Assembly (NCBI RefSeq): GCF_006345805.1
Contig: NC_043001.1
Location: 120,342,001 to 120,406,000 of the forward strand
Reading direction: 5' to 3'
Length of the DNA: 64,000 nucleotides
Origin: Octopus sinensis
Taxonomy: Eukaryota
Below are positions 1 to 14,599 of this stretch, piece by piece. Under the pieces are notes generated by a model. It did not search any database and was not told the DNA's origin. It worked only from the letters and a program-made list of their open reading frames with translations. The position numbers and the translations under genes were made by a program. The stretch's first letter is position 1. Every line of letters begins with the position of its first letter.

Positions 1-779
1 CTAACTTTCGATGCTGCCAGCGTTTGCAGTTCATTTGTTTATTTTTATTAAAAAATTGAAATCAATATTGTAAAGTGAATCGATTCTGCAGTTGTTAGTC
101 CTACAAAAATTAATGTGTATATTTTCCCCACGCAATTTCATTCTTGCATTAGAAATGAGAGAGAGAGTACTGGCTGTTTACTTTAAATTTTTTTATTTTT
201 TCCACAGTAGTAAATGGAAAATAAGTCTCATTTGTTACCATGTTACCATCAAATAGTGGACGAGACGCACAATCTTAAAAAACAATCTTGCATATTAAAA
301 AATTGAGAGGGTCTCTGCGCTTCGACAGTCTTGTGTAACGAATATTTAGATAGACTTTGATTGGGTGATCGAAATGGTTCAAAGTATAAGAACACAGTTA
401 CAGATTAAAGACTTGTACGTGTTAATTGCCTTCTAAAATTGCTGGATACTACGACTTTTGCCTGCTCAGAGAAGACTTCTCATTTTATAGGAAATTAATA
501 AATACCTAACAATGAACGTTTGTGTGTGTCCGCGGATGCGTGTGTTTGTATTCATGCGTACATAGACACACGTATATATTAATCAACGTATGCAGTATTA
601 TAGATCCATTTCAGCTGATTTTAACAATCAGTTTTGCACTGCCTATATTCGGTAACCGATGGTAGATAACAGGGTGGTTATTTAAGATGACGTACTGTTT
701 AGAAGAACCGACAGGTAAGCATACGTCTCTATTCACAATTGTAGGAGTGCATATTTTTCTGGCTTATAGATTCTTAGAC

Positions 780-811
<32 letters not shown>

Positions 812-820
<9 letters not shown>

Positions 821-1750
821 CAATAAGAGGCTTCCGAATAGGAAAGCCTTGTGCTAGAAAGAGCAGTAGAAAACTCAAAACCACCAAATAAGGATAAATT
901 TTCGAAAGGAATGAACATTAAAAACGTTTACCATCTCAATTATTTCCCAGACCATGATTTCTAACTATTTCCAGCAAAAAAATATTTGCTGAAGGCCAGT
1001 TTCATCAGTGGGACAGCCTTTCGATGTCAAATACACAACACAGCCAGATCCACATGTAAAACTAACTGCTTGTATATTCTAACTTTTCAGACTAATGCGC
1101 AGACGCAGATTAATTTTCATTCCTTTCGAAAATTTATCCTTATTTGGTGGTTTTGAGTTTTCTACTGCTCTTTCTAGCACAACGCTTTCCTATTTGGAAT
1201 CCTTTTATTGTATTTCTATGTGAATAATATATAGTCTAATGACTAATTCGTTTTTGTGCTAGGCCACTGGTAATAATAATTTCTTATTACCCTATTATTA
1301 TTTATTATGTTTAAATATTCTCTGATAAATTTGTTCGAAATTTTTACCGGCATCCTCTCTGTCGCCGGGTATAATCTGCGTCTGCGCAGTAGTCTGAAAA
1401 GTTAGAATATACAAGCAGTTAGTTTTACATGTCGATCTGGCTTTGCTGTGTATTTGAAATCGAAAGGCTGTCCCACTGATGAAACTGGCCTTCAGCAAAT
1501 ATTTTTTATGCTGGAAATAGTTAGAAACCATGGTCTGGGAAATAATTGAGATGGTAAACGTTTTTAACTTGCATTCCTTTCAATAATTTATCCTTATTTG
1601 GTGGTTTTGAGTTTTCTACTGCTCTTTCTAGCACAAGGCTTTCCTATTCGGAATCCTTTTATTGTATTTCTATGTGAATAATATATAGTCTAATGACTAA
1701 TTCGTTTTTGTGCTAGGCCACTGGTAATAATAATTTATTATTACCCTATT
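812..1750. repeat. Nested inverted plus direct repeat block (A-B-A'-C-D-B'-A'-C)
   Basis: 812-915 recurs as reverse complement at 1116-1219 and 1572-1673; 920-1112 recurs as reverse complement at 1372-1565; 1116-1295 is directly repeated at 1572-1750. Confidence 0.9.
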
Positions 1751-1993
1751 TATTATTTATTATATATATATATATGTACATATATGTATATGTATGTATG
1801 TATGTGTGTGTGTATGTGTATTTATAATGTGTAAAAATGTCTATGTATATATACATATATACACACACATATGTGTATATGAATTTATATTATATGTACT
1901 ATGAGATAGATAGATAGATAGATAGACAGATAGATAATGCAACGTTCCGTCAATTTCGACGTAAGCGTGTTCAGTTGTTCAATATATACATAT

Positions 1994-2335
<342 letters not shown>

Positions 2336-2353
2336 TATATATATATATATATA

Positions 2354-5300
2354 TGTTTGCACAGGGATTGCCCCTTTACCCATCTCCCAGGGACTCGTCG
2401 GACATTTAAAGATAACCACTCACATAAAAATAGCCGCGGCCTCAGTCACCTGCGGTTCCCTAGACAGGAAACCACCCTTTCTTCCTCTTTTTTTAGCTAT
2501 AATGAATCTAGCAAAAGAACTGGAAAAAAACATCCGAGCTATCACCCACCACCATCCACCAATATTACCCCACTGCACATGCCATTAAAAAGCAATCAAA
2601 TAAACAAATCACCAAAACAATTAAAACCATCCACTCTCGCCTCAACATTTCTGCTTAATGCCCAAGGCATCAGCCCTTCCACCAATACACAAAAATGGAA
2701 GATAAGATTCCTGGAGGACTGGGTCGAGGCCCATCCAAACCACATCCCTTTCTTCGTCCTCACTGAAACCCATCTTAGTGACCTCCACTTGGAAGCCGAG
2801 GTGAAAGTTAAAAATTTCAAAACCATTCGTGCTGATCGTGCTGGCAGAAGAAAGGGTGGGACTGCCATTTATGTCCATGATTCATTCTCAACAGAAGCCA
2901 TGAACATATTTTCGAATGGATACTGCGAAGCAGTCGCTGTATTCAGTCAATCCAACAACTTAACAGACCACCCCAAACGCCCCTACCATGCTTCAAGGAA
3001 TGCCTCAACAGCATAAAGTGTTTCATTCAGCAGTGTCAACCTGACAACATTTTAATGATGGGAGACTTCAACCTTCCCGGGGTTGACTGGTCTACAAACA
3101 GTCTGCCGCCAGGTTCTTCTCTCTCAACCCCTGACAGGGAGGCAGTGGAATCGCTTCTTGACTTCATGGATGACTTCTTCTTGTCCCAACTGGTACTCGA
3201 AACAACGAGATGTCACAAAAACGTCTTAGACTTAACAGCAATCACACTGATACTATCCACAGTATTGCAGTGGAGAAAACCCTACTCTCCGACCATGACA
3301 TGGTTCTCTGTGATCTGAGATTTCACTGGCCAAAATGCAAAACAAATGTCATCCCTCCTGTTCATCCATTTGACACTATGGATTTCCACAATGCAAACTG
3401 GGAAGCGATCAATAATGATCTGGCACAAGTCGATTGGTCCTTCACGCACACATACACACCCACTAACATCAAAAAGTCCTGGCAGTCACTTGTAGACACC
3501 ATCACGAATATATGTGCAAGACACACCCCATTAAGATCTGAAAACAAATCTAAGTGTCGAATCCCTAGAAATAGAAAATCTCTCATAAGGAAAATTAAAA
3601 GAATCAACAAAAAGATCAACATGCTGGAATACTGTCAACAGCAACACACCAACCTGACTGCCATCTCGTCGCTAGAGATTAAAAAACATAAACTCCAAAA
3701 CAACATGATGTCTATCATCAATAGTCAGAGAAGAGCTGAAGAGGCCTGGGCCATTGAGAAGATCAAACTCAATCCCAAAGTGTTCTTTTCATTTGCAAAA
3801 AAACACAGAGTCACTGGTTCTACTGTTGGCCCTCTGATTGATGAAAATGGTACTCTTCAAGACAATGCCAAAACCATGGGAGAGATATTGCAGAAACAAT
3901 ATTGCTCTGTTTTCAGCAATCCTGATATGACTGATCTGGGCTGTATCAGTGATGTTACTCCCCAATACACTTTATCGGACATAACATTTGGCGCTCCTGA
4001 TGTCTTAGCAGCAATAAAGGAAATGAAGCATAATTCAGCAGTAGGTCCCGATAGGTTCCCTGCTTGTGTCTTGAAGATGTGTCAAAACCAACTTGCACCC
4101 CCTCTAGCCAATCTGTGGCGGAACTCACTGGATGCTGGATATATACCAGAAGACCTTCTATCCCAGTCTGTTGTCCCAGTTTTCAAAAAAGGAAACAAAT
4201 CGCTTGCCGTGAATTACCGTCCAATCTCACTCACCTCTCATATCATCAAGGTATTTGAGAGGGTGCTGAGATCGCGTATGACTCACTTCCTTGAGAGTCA
4301 TAATATGCTGAACCCCAACCAGCATGGATTCCGTAATGGGAGAGATTGCCTGACGCAGCTACTGCATCATTTTGATGACATTTTGAGAGCCTTGGGAGAA
4401 GGTTCCAACACTGATGTCATCTACCTTGATTTCAGCAAGGCCTTTGACAGGGTTGATCATAAGATCCTTCTGAGAAAGCTGTCCAATATTGGTGTCACTG
4501 GAAAGCTGCTGCAGTGGATCAAGTGTTTCCTGTCTAACAGAACCCAACATGTTGTAGTCGAAGGAGTCAAATCCAGCCCAGCCAAAGTCAGCAGTGGTGT
4601 CCCACAAGGCACTGTGTTGGGCCCACTTCTCTTCATCATCTACATAAATGATATTACTCACACCATCAAACACAGTAACATAAGAACCTTCGCTGATGAT
4701 TCCAAACTCCAGAAGGTCATCAATGGCGTGGATGACCGAATAAACCTTCAGTCAGACCTACTGGCTGTTGTCCAATGGGCGGAAAAGAATAACATGTTGC
4801 TAAATGAAGACAAATTTGAACTGATCCACTTTGGAAGGGAGGACGCTCTGAAACTCCCATACTCTCTTCCTTCTGGAGAAATTCTCATGGCATCCAACAA
4901 CATCAGAGACCTGGAAGTAACAGTGGACAACAACATAAGCTGGGCTACACATATTTAAACATCAAAGTTGACATGGCCCGCAGAATGTGTTCCTGGATTC
5001 TCAGAACCTTCCAGTCGAGAGATTCCCACGCTATTATCCTTCTCTTCTCCACCTTTGCCCGACTCCACCTTGAATACTGCTGTCCACTGTGGTCTCCCTA
5101 CACAAAACAAAATATTATGAGAATTGAAGCTCCCCAAAGGTCAATCACAAAAAAGATAGATGGCATGTCAGACCTTGACTACTGGGGTAGACTAGAGAAG
5201 CTGAAATTGTATTCACTCCAACGACGCCGTGAACGCTACATTATCTGTATGATGTGGAAAATATTCCACCAGCACTGTCCGAATGATGTTGGCATCACCT

Positions 5301-5662
5301 TCAAAATGCATCCAAGGCTCGGACCAAGTGCCATCCGTCCACAACAAAAATCTAAATCGCATCACATAACGACAATACGGCACAACTATTTCACCTCAAT
5401 TGGACCTGCTCTCTTCAACATTACACCAGGGCACGTCAAAAAAGAAACTGACCACACAAAATTCAAGAAGTCTTTGGACAAATTCCTTCAAACAGTACCG
5501 GACAAACCACCCACACCCGGATATGTCTCCGCAAACAATAACTCTCTGCTCGAATGGGCCTTGGTGCCCAAATCCTGAACTGAGAGACTTCGCCAGGTGG
5601 TGCTATTAAGTTAGACATGGCCTGGGCCAATACTGGCCAAAACCTTTCTAAGTTATTCTAAG

Positions 5663-5665
<3 letters not shown>
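2354..5665 (+). mobile_element. 5'-truncated CR1/L2-group (APE-RT) non-LTR retrotransposon inserted in (TA)n
   Basis: C-x4-C-x3-H end of ORF1 (CLHRDCPFTH), APE motifs (LLNAQG, LTETHL, GGTAIYV, MGDFNLP), RT motifs (YRPISLTS, NQHGF, DFSKAFD, GVPQGTVLGP, FADD), C-terminal LYSLQRRRERY; short 3' UTR ending (TTCTAAGTTA)x2; (TA)n on both flanks. Exact clade not resolved. Confidence 0.92.
2620..5578 (+). pseudogene. Disrupted ORF2 (APE endonuclease + reverse transcriptase) of the CR1/L2-group LINE
   Basis: Split across ORFs 2357-3016, 3055-3318, 3210-4958 and 4973-5578; at least three frameshifts (about 2970, 3240, 4955). Confidence 0.9.
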
Positions 5666-5698
<33 letters not shown>

Positions 5699-7062
5699 TA
5701 TGATTGGAGTTTATATCCGATATTGCCGAGCGCTTTTAGCACAGAAAGTTTCTATTCCAAAGAAACTTGCCGGAAACCAACGTCGTAACGAATTTCTTTA
5801 CTTAAGCTGTTCAGCCACAACTGAATATAAATGAATATATTCTCTGTATGGAGATTCCTGTCAATGACGTGTAGAATCGCGTGTTGTTCTTCATACGTCT
5901 ATTTCAAAGAAACTTGACTATGCTCAACATATTTGCTTGTTATCTTTCTAGTTCATGCCGTTCACATGTTTCATAAATATATAATTTTATGCTTGCTTGC
6001 ATAGGTACACTGTCTCACAGATCCTTCTGTCGCGAGACCTGAAGTGTTAGCATCCAAGAAAAGAATAAAAGGCAATCATTTATTTACTACTACTTCTTGT
6101 TTTGCTTAAATATTTAGTATCCAATATAACTACACATGCTCATGCACGCGCATATGCAGAAAACACAAGCACACACACACAAACATACATACATATAGGA
6201 AATAATGAATTTGTTAGAAAAGACATGGCTAATTAATAGAGAATTAATTATACAATTCATTATAACATTATAAATTAATTAATAGAAAATTCTCGTATGT
6301 AGGAGGCTAAAATTATGAAATATTGTTTACATGTTGAACACATTCTCACCATCGCTTACTTGAATTTTGATCATTATTTATAACATTTTATTATAATGAA
6401 AACTATTTAACTATGTTTACTCCAATAACATTGCTATGGCATTGTCAATATATATCAAATTACACCTAGATAAATACTAGTTACCGTCTTATACAAACAC
6501 TAGCAGCAACCTACACCCTGCCCCACACATATGTATATATATATATATTATCTACTTTCGCGTCCATAATATATTTCACTGATGTTATCCATTCGTCACA
6601 TAGACAGGAATTCTTCAATATGATATATTGCACTGTGCGAAACGAGATGAATTTCCGTCGTCAACCAATCCCATCTGAAGAATTTCCGATGTTAAGGACA
6701 AAAGAAATAATGCCTAACGTTCTACTATAAGCAGGAAATATAGTTCCAAATAGCAAATATTTACTCCAGTAAGTTCTTAAGTTATTATTTTTTTTGAATT
6801 CTCGTAGAATAGCCATGTATGTTAAACCACTTACAAATACACTTCTAAGCTATTTTTTAGGTGACCAATCGCAGTGTTGTCAGAACATCGCATAAGATCC
6901 CACGCAGTATTTGATCCGGCCTTTTGTAGTTTTTCTTTGACTGGTAACAAAAATACCAGTCAAACATTGAGTATGAGCCCTCTCTCTCTCCATCCCTTTT
7001 TCTCTTTCCCAGTTCGCTTGTCTCTCTCCATCAGTTTCTCTCTCTCTCTCTCTCTTTGTGCC

Positions 7063-7105
<43 letters not shown>

Positions 7106-7290
7106 CTTGTTTCTCCCTTTCCCTCTCACACATACAAACACACACACACATACACAGAATCGGTTTCGATGCGGTACATTCACAGCGTTCCTTTCTCAAC
7201 GAAATACTGAAATGCTACTAAAATCAGGTTCGTCACGGTCTGCAGAAAGCATTGTACTATAAAGGAAATAAATAGTAAATGCGTGTATAT

Positions 7291-7736
7291 GCGCATGCGT
7301 GGCTGCGTGGTAAGACGTTTGCTTCCCAACCTCATAGTTCCGGTTTCAGTCTCACTGCGTGGCACCTTGGGCAGGTATCGTCTACTTGCCACGGACCAAC
7401 CAAAATCTTGAGTGGATTTGGCAGATGGAAACTGAAAAAGTCCATCGTGTTTGTGCATGTGTGCGTGTTGTGTGTGTGTGTGTGTGTCTGTCTGTCTGTC
7501 TGTCTGTGTCTGTGTGTTTGTGGCTGTCTTTCTATCCTCTACCACCGCCTGACAACCGGTGTTGACGTGATTACGTCCTCGTAAACTAGCGGTTCGGTAA
7601 AGGAGGCTAATAGAATAAATACCAGGCTTAAAAACTGATAAATACTGGAGTATTTCGTTCGACTAAAATTCTTGAAGGTGGTGCTCCAGAATGGCCACAG
7701 CTCAGTGAGTGAAACAAGTAAAAGATTAAAGATAAA

Positions 7737-7740
<4 letters not shown>
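7291..7740 (+). mobile_element. SINE family A, full length and diverged
   Basis: tRNA-like head (gcgtggctgcgtggtaag...gttccggtttcagtctc), CORE-like gcaccttgggcag, internal (GT)n, tail aaggtggtgctccagaatggcc...gaaacaagtaaaag. Confidence 0.85.
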
Positions 7741-7776
<36 letters not shown>

Positions 7777-8584
7777 CACAAGCCCTCGCGTATTTGTTCC
7801 GGCCTGGTGACCAATGCGTGCCATCGTCGATTAATATTTACTGATTTACGATAAAGGGACCGAAGCTGTATAGACATCTTTGAGTTGCCTCTCTGTGATT
7901 CTAAAGAGAACTAAGGAGTTCGAAATGCACTCATCATTCAAATGAAGGCCTCTCCGAGCTTCCGATGGCGTTTTAAACACTTTTAGTCTTGAGAGGCTGT
8001 TTTTTTTCTTGTGAAATGTCTTCGCAAGTTCCTATAGATCTCAAACATGTTTAAACTGGTCTTATGTTACTCTGTATGTGTGTGTCTGTATAGATGTGTG
8101 AGTATGTATATGTATGTTTATATTTAGACACACACACACATGTATGTATCTATGTATGTATGTATGTACATACGTATGTATGTATGTATGTATGTATGTA
8201 TGTATGTATGTATGTATTAGTTAATAACAATCATAGCTGAATACTAAGTGGTTAATTGCAAAATTCATAACATTAAAGCAACTGAGCGTAAACTCAGACA
8301 GCTAACGTTGAAAGCTACCGCTGTCAAATGTGAAGAACTGTCACATAAATATTCACCGATAAACATCTATTAAAAACTTAGCATTCAATATATTACCAGG
8401 TCTCTCCATATTTTACTATTTTTGAAAATCATGAGATGTGTGAAAACGGTAAAGTGATTGCAATTAAGTTTCCTTCAAATGCATTTTCATCTTTTCTTTG
8501 GTTTACACATACACACATATACGTACGTACATACATGCATAAATACATAAGTGAACATACATTTATATTTAGATTCATGCACAC

Positions 8585-9010
8585 ATACTCTCGCATACAT
8601 ACATGCATACATACATACATACATATATACATACATACATATATACATACATACATTCATACATACATACATATATACATACATACATACATATATACAT
8701 ACATACCTACATATATATATACATACATATATACATACATGCACACATACATACATTCATACATACATACACACATATACACATACATACATACAGACAG
8801 ACAGACAGACATGCATACATACATACAGACAGACATACATGTATACATACATTTATACATATGAGCATACATACATACATACGTGAGTACATACATACAT
8901 ACATGCATACATACATACATACATACATACATACATACATACATACATGCATACATACATACATACATACATACATACATACATGCATACATACATACAT
9001 ACTTACATAC
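8585..9010. repeat. (CATA)n/(TACA)n microsatellite
   Basis: Direct tandem repeat; explains the HTYI/MYVC ORFs. Confidence 0.95.
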
Positions 9011-9788
9011 ATAAGCTCACACATGTCTGTAACCTTGCTTTCATCTTGCCTACATAATATACTTTACATATGCAAGAATCGCTCATCAAATCTAACGTTT
9101 GTTTAATCCAATATCTAGAATGAATACCGTTTGCGTTTCCTTGGCGAGAAACTAAATGTAATTTCTTTGAAGTATCAACCTACGCATAAATGTTTGAACA
9201 CAAAAACATCAGTAAATAGCGAATGCACTCAAAACCTATGAGGATTTATTTGAATTAATTCACTCGACATTTCAATCCATTATAACGATTAGTGTGGTGT
9301 ATAAATTGTGTAGGAAAATCTCCTAATTTTACACTGCCTTCATGATAATAGATACACACAGAGGATAAGATGGACTTGGAGATAAAGTACCCGAAAGAAG
9401 AAAAAAAACATCCATCGAGTGAAAGTCGGTCTAACGATATACGTTCAACACACAGAAACGCTCGGCCAGACTGAAGCGTGTTATATGTATAGAGAAACAC
9501 GGCAGCAACGAAAATATTGGAATGGACAATAGATCTAATGTTACTAGAAAGCAATATAGAGGAATTTATCAAGAAGCTATTATGGACTTCATATTAAATA
9601 TTCTGGCAGGGAAGTAATTATTGAGGCTGAATGCTTCAGTTATTGTTAAGTATGAGAAATTTAATGGCGGTTGACACCCAATTAACTTATTCCCTTATAA
9701 AATATATACTTGTTACACAACGGCATTGAAATGGCACATCTCTACCAAATGAGAATATTGATGGCTAATAGGATAGTATACGAAACCA

Positions 9789-10016
9789 CAGTTTCTCAAT
9801 TGGATTTGTGAAACCCTAGGACCCCTAAAAACAGTATGTTCTGCAGGATAACGTTTATTTTAATAAAACTTAATAAACAATTATCATATAAAGCAAATTC
9901 TATTAATCCTTTTCAAAACAAATATTGTTTCATTTTATTTTCATATGAATAAATTCTCTCTTTCTCTCTCTATTTCTCTCTCTACTACTCCCTCTCCTCA
10001 CACACACACACACACA

Positions 10017-10086
<70 letters not shown>

Positions 10087-10197
10087 AGTTTTTGTTTCAT
10101 TTAGTATCTCGTTACAGTTAGGGAGGTGGAGATAAAATACAGGAATTGGTCGCGTAAAATTCGACTTCAGAAATAAAACAGGTTCAGGAACCGCTTG
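9789..10197. mobile_element. Possible degenerate hAT/Charlie-type MITE
   Basis: Weak terminal inverted similarity (cagtttctcaa ... ttcaggaaccgctt g); no TSD confirmed. Confidence 0.3.
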
Positions 10198-10334
10198 ACT
10201 AAATATTCAACCGAGATTTTCGGGTTGTTTATCGTATTGCTTGTACACGTAACCAGAATACGTGACCGAAATATCCAATTAATTAAAAACTAAGGCAGTA
10301 GACTGGAAATAACTGACATTACTAAACACTAAAA

Positions 10335-10545
10335 GCGATCTTATATTGGTTTCAAATTTTAGCACGAGCCAGCAATTTCGGGTGAGAAGAAAGGTCGATT
10401 ACATCGATCTCAATGATCCCCTGGTACTTTTTTTATCGACCCCAAAATGATGAAAGAATGAAAGTCAAAGTCAAACTCAGCGGAACTTGAGGTCAGAACA
10501 TAAAAGCATACGAAATGCCCCAAAGCATTTTGCCCGGCTTGTTAC
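10335..10545 (-). mobile_element. tRNA-derived SINE family B, diverged
   Basis: Matches family B motifs (gtcgattacatcga...ttatcgacccc...aaagtcaaa...cggaacttgag.tcagaac...aagcattttgcccgg). Confidence 0.8.
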
Positions 10546-11329
10546 CTTATTGCAATCTGGTATTAACAATAGAATCGTTAACTTGTAGTGCAGAGTTCAA
10601 TACTTCTCCATGATGATGACTTGAGAAAAAGTTGTTGTCCCGAAACACTCTGTTGTAGACAGCGTCTTCAATGGCAGATCTCCGACACACAGAGTTAAGG
10701 AAGTAACCATACACACACTCACTCTCACACATTAGTATTTTTCATTGATAGGGTTAATACGTCACTAATTTATGAGTTATAGCATGCAGAGAGACCAGAA
10801 GAGCATACTCTTTCACCTGGGATATATATCATTTTGGTAGCTTCTTCCCTGGATATCAAAGAAATAGTCAACTTACATTCGAATCTGCTAGAACATATTA
10901 AGAATGAGGAGATACGTTTTGCTTTTTATTTGGTTTTTTTTTCTTTTTACAGTTTTTGTTGTTGAGGTGTGTCGCTACACAGTTGATATTCTATTATAGA
11001 TCAACGATTTTTCTTTTCCAGATCCACGAGGGCACATATTTTTATTTTGCCATTGTTAACTGCTATGGTATATTCAATATACAGTTTAACAGCTGTGGAA
11101 AGGGAATACAAAGGGTTTATTTGTCAAACAGAAGAGGCAATATTATCTTGTAAATATTCGCCTACAATACAATTGTTGGCTGTCGGCGTTAACTCAGAGG
11201 TTCCTTATCAATGATAATCAATTAAAGCATGTATTGTAAAGAGAGTTTTGAAAGCAAACTCTTCTTGAAATAATACACTTGGAATACATTTTTAGTACTT
11301 AATCTCTTTGCTATTCCAGCTCATATTAC

Positions 11330-11720
11330 ACTTATCAGCAAGTCTTTCTCGTAAGACACATTAATGACGCCAGTGACATTTGTCTAGGAAGGTCTGCGAA
11401 GACCAGAGCAGTACTCCTTCCTTCAGGTCCAACAAGTAAAAAAAGAATTATTGATTTCATGTTCGATACCACTAAGTAGTGTCTTTAGAAGTATCTCGGG
11501 TCCACCATATCTGAAATCGGGCCAACAGAAATTGTATGGAAGTCTATTGAAGAAGCTATTTCTTTCCTTTGGTAATAGACTTAATCTGTCTCGTTGCTAA
11601 ACATTACCACCTGATTCTTGGATGCCTTTATCGCAGGCAGGCATTTGGGGCCAGGTTTCTGTTATAAGGATGACTTTCCATTCTTCTGTCAATTTTTGTA
11701 GTGCAGCTATTCCTCGTCAC
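11330..11720 (-). pseudogene. Degenerate LINE APE-endonuclease remnant
   Basis: Minus strand translates KVILITETW...GGNV*QRDR, resembling the ITETW / GYxxFRxDR APE motifs. Confidence 0.45.
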
Positions 11721-12319
11721 TCAAACAAAAGTTATAAAGATTAACAATTAAAATATTACATGGCAACCACGCCAAGATCGATTCGATATAAACGAATGAC
11801 TTTAAAATAGTTGCTGTTATTTTCATTGGTCGTTAATCTTGAGAAGATTAATGCCTTTGTAGTGAATTCTAATTGATAGCTAAGAAGAGAAAATAATGTT
11901 TGTTTTCATTTTACTGTGACATGACATGTGCGAAATGCATACATAATATGATTGCATAAAAACTGAAGTTGCGAAACGTGATCAGGAGACATAGCTCTGT
12001 CACTTTGTTGTTATGTGTAGTCTCGAAAATCGTTTCCGATTAAATGTTCTTGAATATTGAGCTCGAAATGATAACACGAAAACTTTCTTCCTGAAATATC
12101 TTATACTACATAAACAACACATATACAAATATAAATATACAATATAAATAAGTGTTACAACAATAAGACTTTCCCTGAACATCCGACTCATGCTTTCCCG
12201 GAGGACACGTCAAGTCAAAAGCGATGAAATGGATAACAACAAACAATTCTAAAAAGTAATAACTAAATAATGAATATTAGTATTGCTGTCATTATTATTG
12301 TCGTTGTCGCTCCCCCTCC

Positions 12320-12342
12320 TCTTCTTCTTCTTCTTCTTCTTC

Positions 12343-12391
<49 letters not shown>

Positions 12392-12400
12392 CATCATCAC

Positions 12401-12439
<39 letters not shown>

Positions 12440-12475
12440 TATCATTATCATTATTATCATCATCATTATTATTAT

Positions 12476-12571
<96 letters not shown>

Positions 12572-12605
12572 GTTGTTTTTGTTGTTGTTGTTGTTGTTGT
12601 TGTTA
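12320..12605. repeat. Compound trinucleotide microsatellite (CTT)n-(ATT)n-(ATC)n-(ATT)n-(GTT)n
   Basis: Directly visible in sequence. Confidence 0.95.
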
Positions 12606-14548
12606 TCCGCAGAGTACCTCAGACGTGTTTTCGAACGATCTAAGTAAGTCCTCATTATATTTATTGTTTATACCCGTTTTGTGCTATTTGGGGGGGGGGG
12701 AGTTTTCTTTCCAATTTGCTACTGCAAGCACCAGGAACCCTGTTATTTGTTTTTCTGTGGTTGTTTGGCCCTGCAAGGGGCAATAGTCGGCTCTCCAGAA
12801 AATGCCTCGAGATGCCTTTAAAAACAACAAAATCAACAAGATGGCGGTGTCCAACTTAAAACAATTAAAAGGAAAGAAACCCCCCCCCCAGTTTTTTTAC
12901 AGCAGAAGACTTCTCTCCACTTCCTTCTCTTATCAAAACTAATGCAGTAAAAGGGGAGGAGACAAGAGATGGAAACAGACCAAAGTGTATCCCGTCAAGT
13001 AAATATAGGGTGTGAAAGTAGAAAGAGTGATTGCGACAACAATAGCGGCAGTAGCAGCAGTGTCAGCCCCGATAGCAGCGGTGATGGTAGTAGTGGAAGC
13101 AACAGCAGCAGTGGTGGCAGTGGCAATGGCAAGAGCAACGATAGTAGTTAAAGCGGAGTGATTGAAGGCAGCAGTAGTAGCAGTGATAGTAGCAACAGCG
13201 GAAGTGGATACACCTCTACCACCAACAACAATAATAAAACCTCTTTAGTACTCGCTGCCGCCTCAAAATGATTCTTTGCCCTCTCCCTATGGGACAAAGC
13301 CTCTAAATTGGTGAATGCAGTTAAATTTTTAAAAATTGTTACAAGGTGGACAGAATTGTCTCCACCACGAAATAGCAATGAACGCCAAATTAGAAAGGGC
13401 CCTACACGATATATGACAGGACATCGGTCATATATCGAGGGCTAAGCAGTTCGGCAGGGTGGAAATTTTATTCAAAACTGAGACACTGGCAATTCAACAC
13501 TCGGTGGCTGCCGGCTGCAGTGAGGAAGATATGGGGAAAAAGTAATAAAGATTATCATACAAGGGATACCACCAGAACTAGATTTGTAGTGGGTACTCGC
13601 TTGTCTGGTAATAAGTAAGACTGACTCTCTCCTGAAGGCCAAGAGATCAAACAGGGAGAACTGGGCACGGATCACATTCACAGCTTTCTGTCAGTCGGCA
13701 ACGTGGTCGGTGGAACTTCAACTATGGATTTCTATAGGGGATTAGAGGCGGGATTTGTGGCGAGCAAGAGCAACGACGTCTTTGGGGAAATTCGGGTGTC
13801 GGGAGGGATCAGTTACCTGATCTTTTTCAGAGGACTTTTGGGCCGAGGCTTATGGATAACTTCCAGAAATCGCTGGCAGAGTGGTGCTACCAGAGAGCTC
13901 TTCCGGTTCGGGACAAGCTCTACAGACACGGAAGTGCTGTTAGATGGTACTGCTCGAGGTGCGCACAGGGCGTTGAAACCGTCCTACATGCACTGGTCCA
14001 GTGTTCGCGTATTACTGACCTGTGGGGCTTTGTTGAGCAGCTGATAACGCGTGTAGGACGGATCCTGTTATTTGCCGAGTCCATCGTGAAGGTTGATCCG
14101 CCACTTTGTTTTTGGCCGGGAAGGAAAGGCAGCTTTCTTCTGTCTGGTGGCTATGGCGAAAGAGGTAATGTGGTGGATGAGATTGAAAGGAGTAAAGACA
14201 AATACCTTCCTCTTCAGTCAGGCCCACATCGACTTTTCAAAGGTGGGTGAATGTGGCAAGTATGGCCCGTATGAATGCACCTACTCTGAACATTCACTTG
14301 TAAAAAGGTGAAGTTTAGGATAGAGGCGCCTATTTAGGTGCACCTGGCGGTGGGGGTTAAGCAGGATGTGTGAAGTTCTTCGGCTATCCCTCTGAGGAAC
14401 TCCCGGCTTCTGGGGAATCTTTATTGTTTAATTGTGTTGTTTATTGTTGTTGTTAATTATTGTTAATTATTGTTCCAGCCCTACTTGTCCCTTGTGTTGT
14501 ATTATCCCTATTCGTTTTGTATTCGGCGTTTGTGGCCAATAAAGAAAG
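12606..14548 (+). mobile_element. Tx1/L1-clade non-LTR retrotransposon, internally deleted and degenerate
   Basis: ORF1-like fragments (ISRAKQFGRVEILFKTE, KIIIQGIPPELD) followed closely by the ORF2 C-terminal zinc finger (ALPVRDKLYRHG...CSRC...ETVLHALVQC); GT-rich 3' UTR ending AATAAAGAAAG. 5' boundary approximate. Confidence 0.7.
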
Positions 14549-14565
14549 CATTATTATTATTATTA

Positions 14566-14599
<34 letters not shown>

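Noticed and set aside
8436-9106. Numerous YI/HT/CV/YLSI ORFs here and across the window
   Set aside because: Di- and tetranucleotide microsatellite translations.
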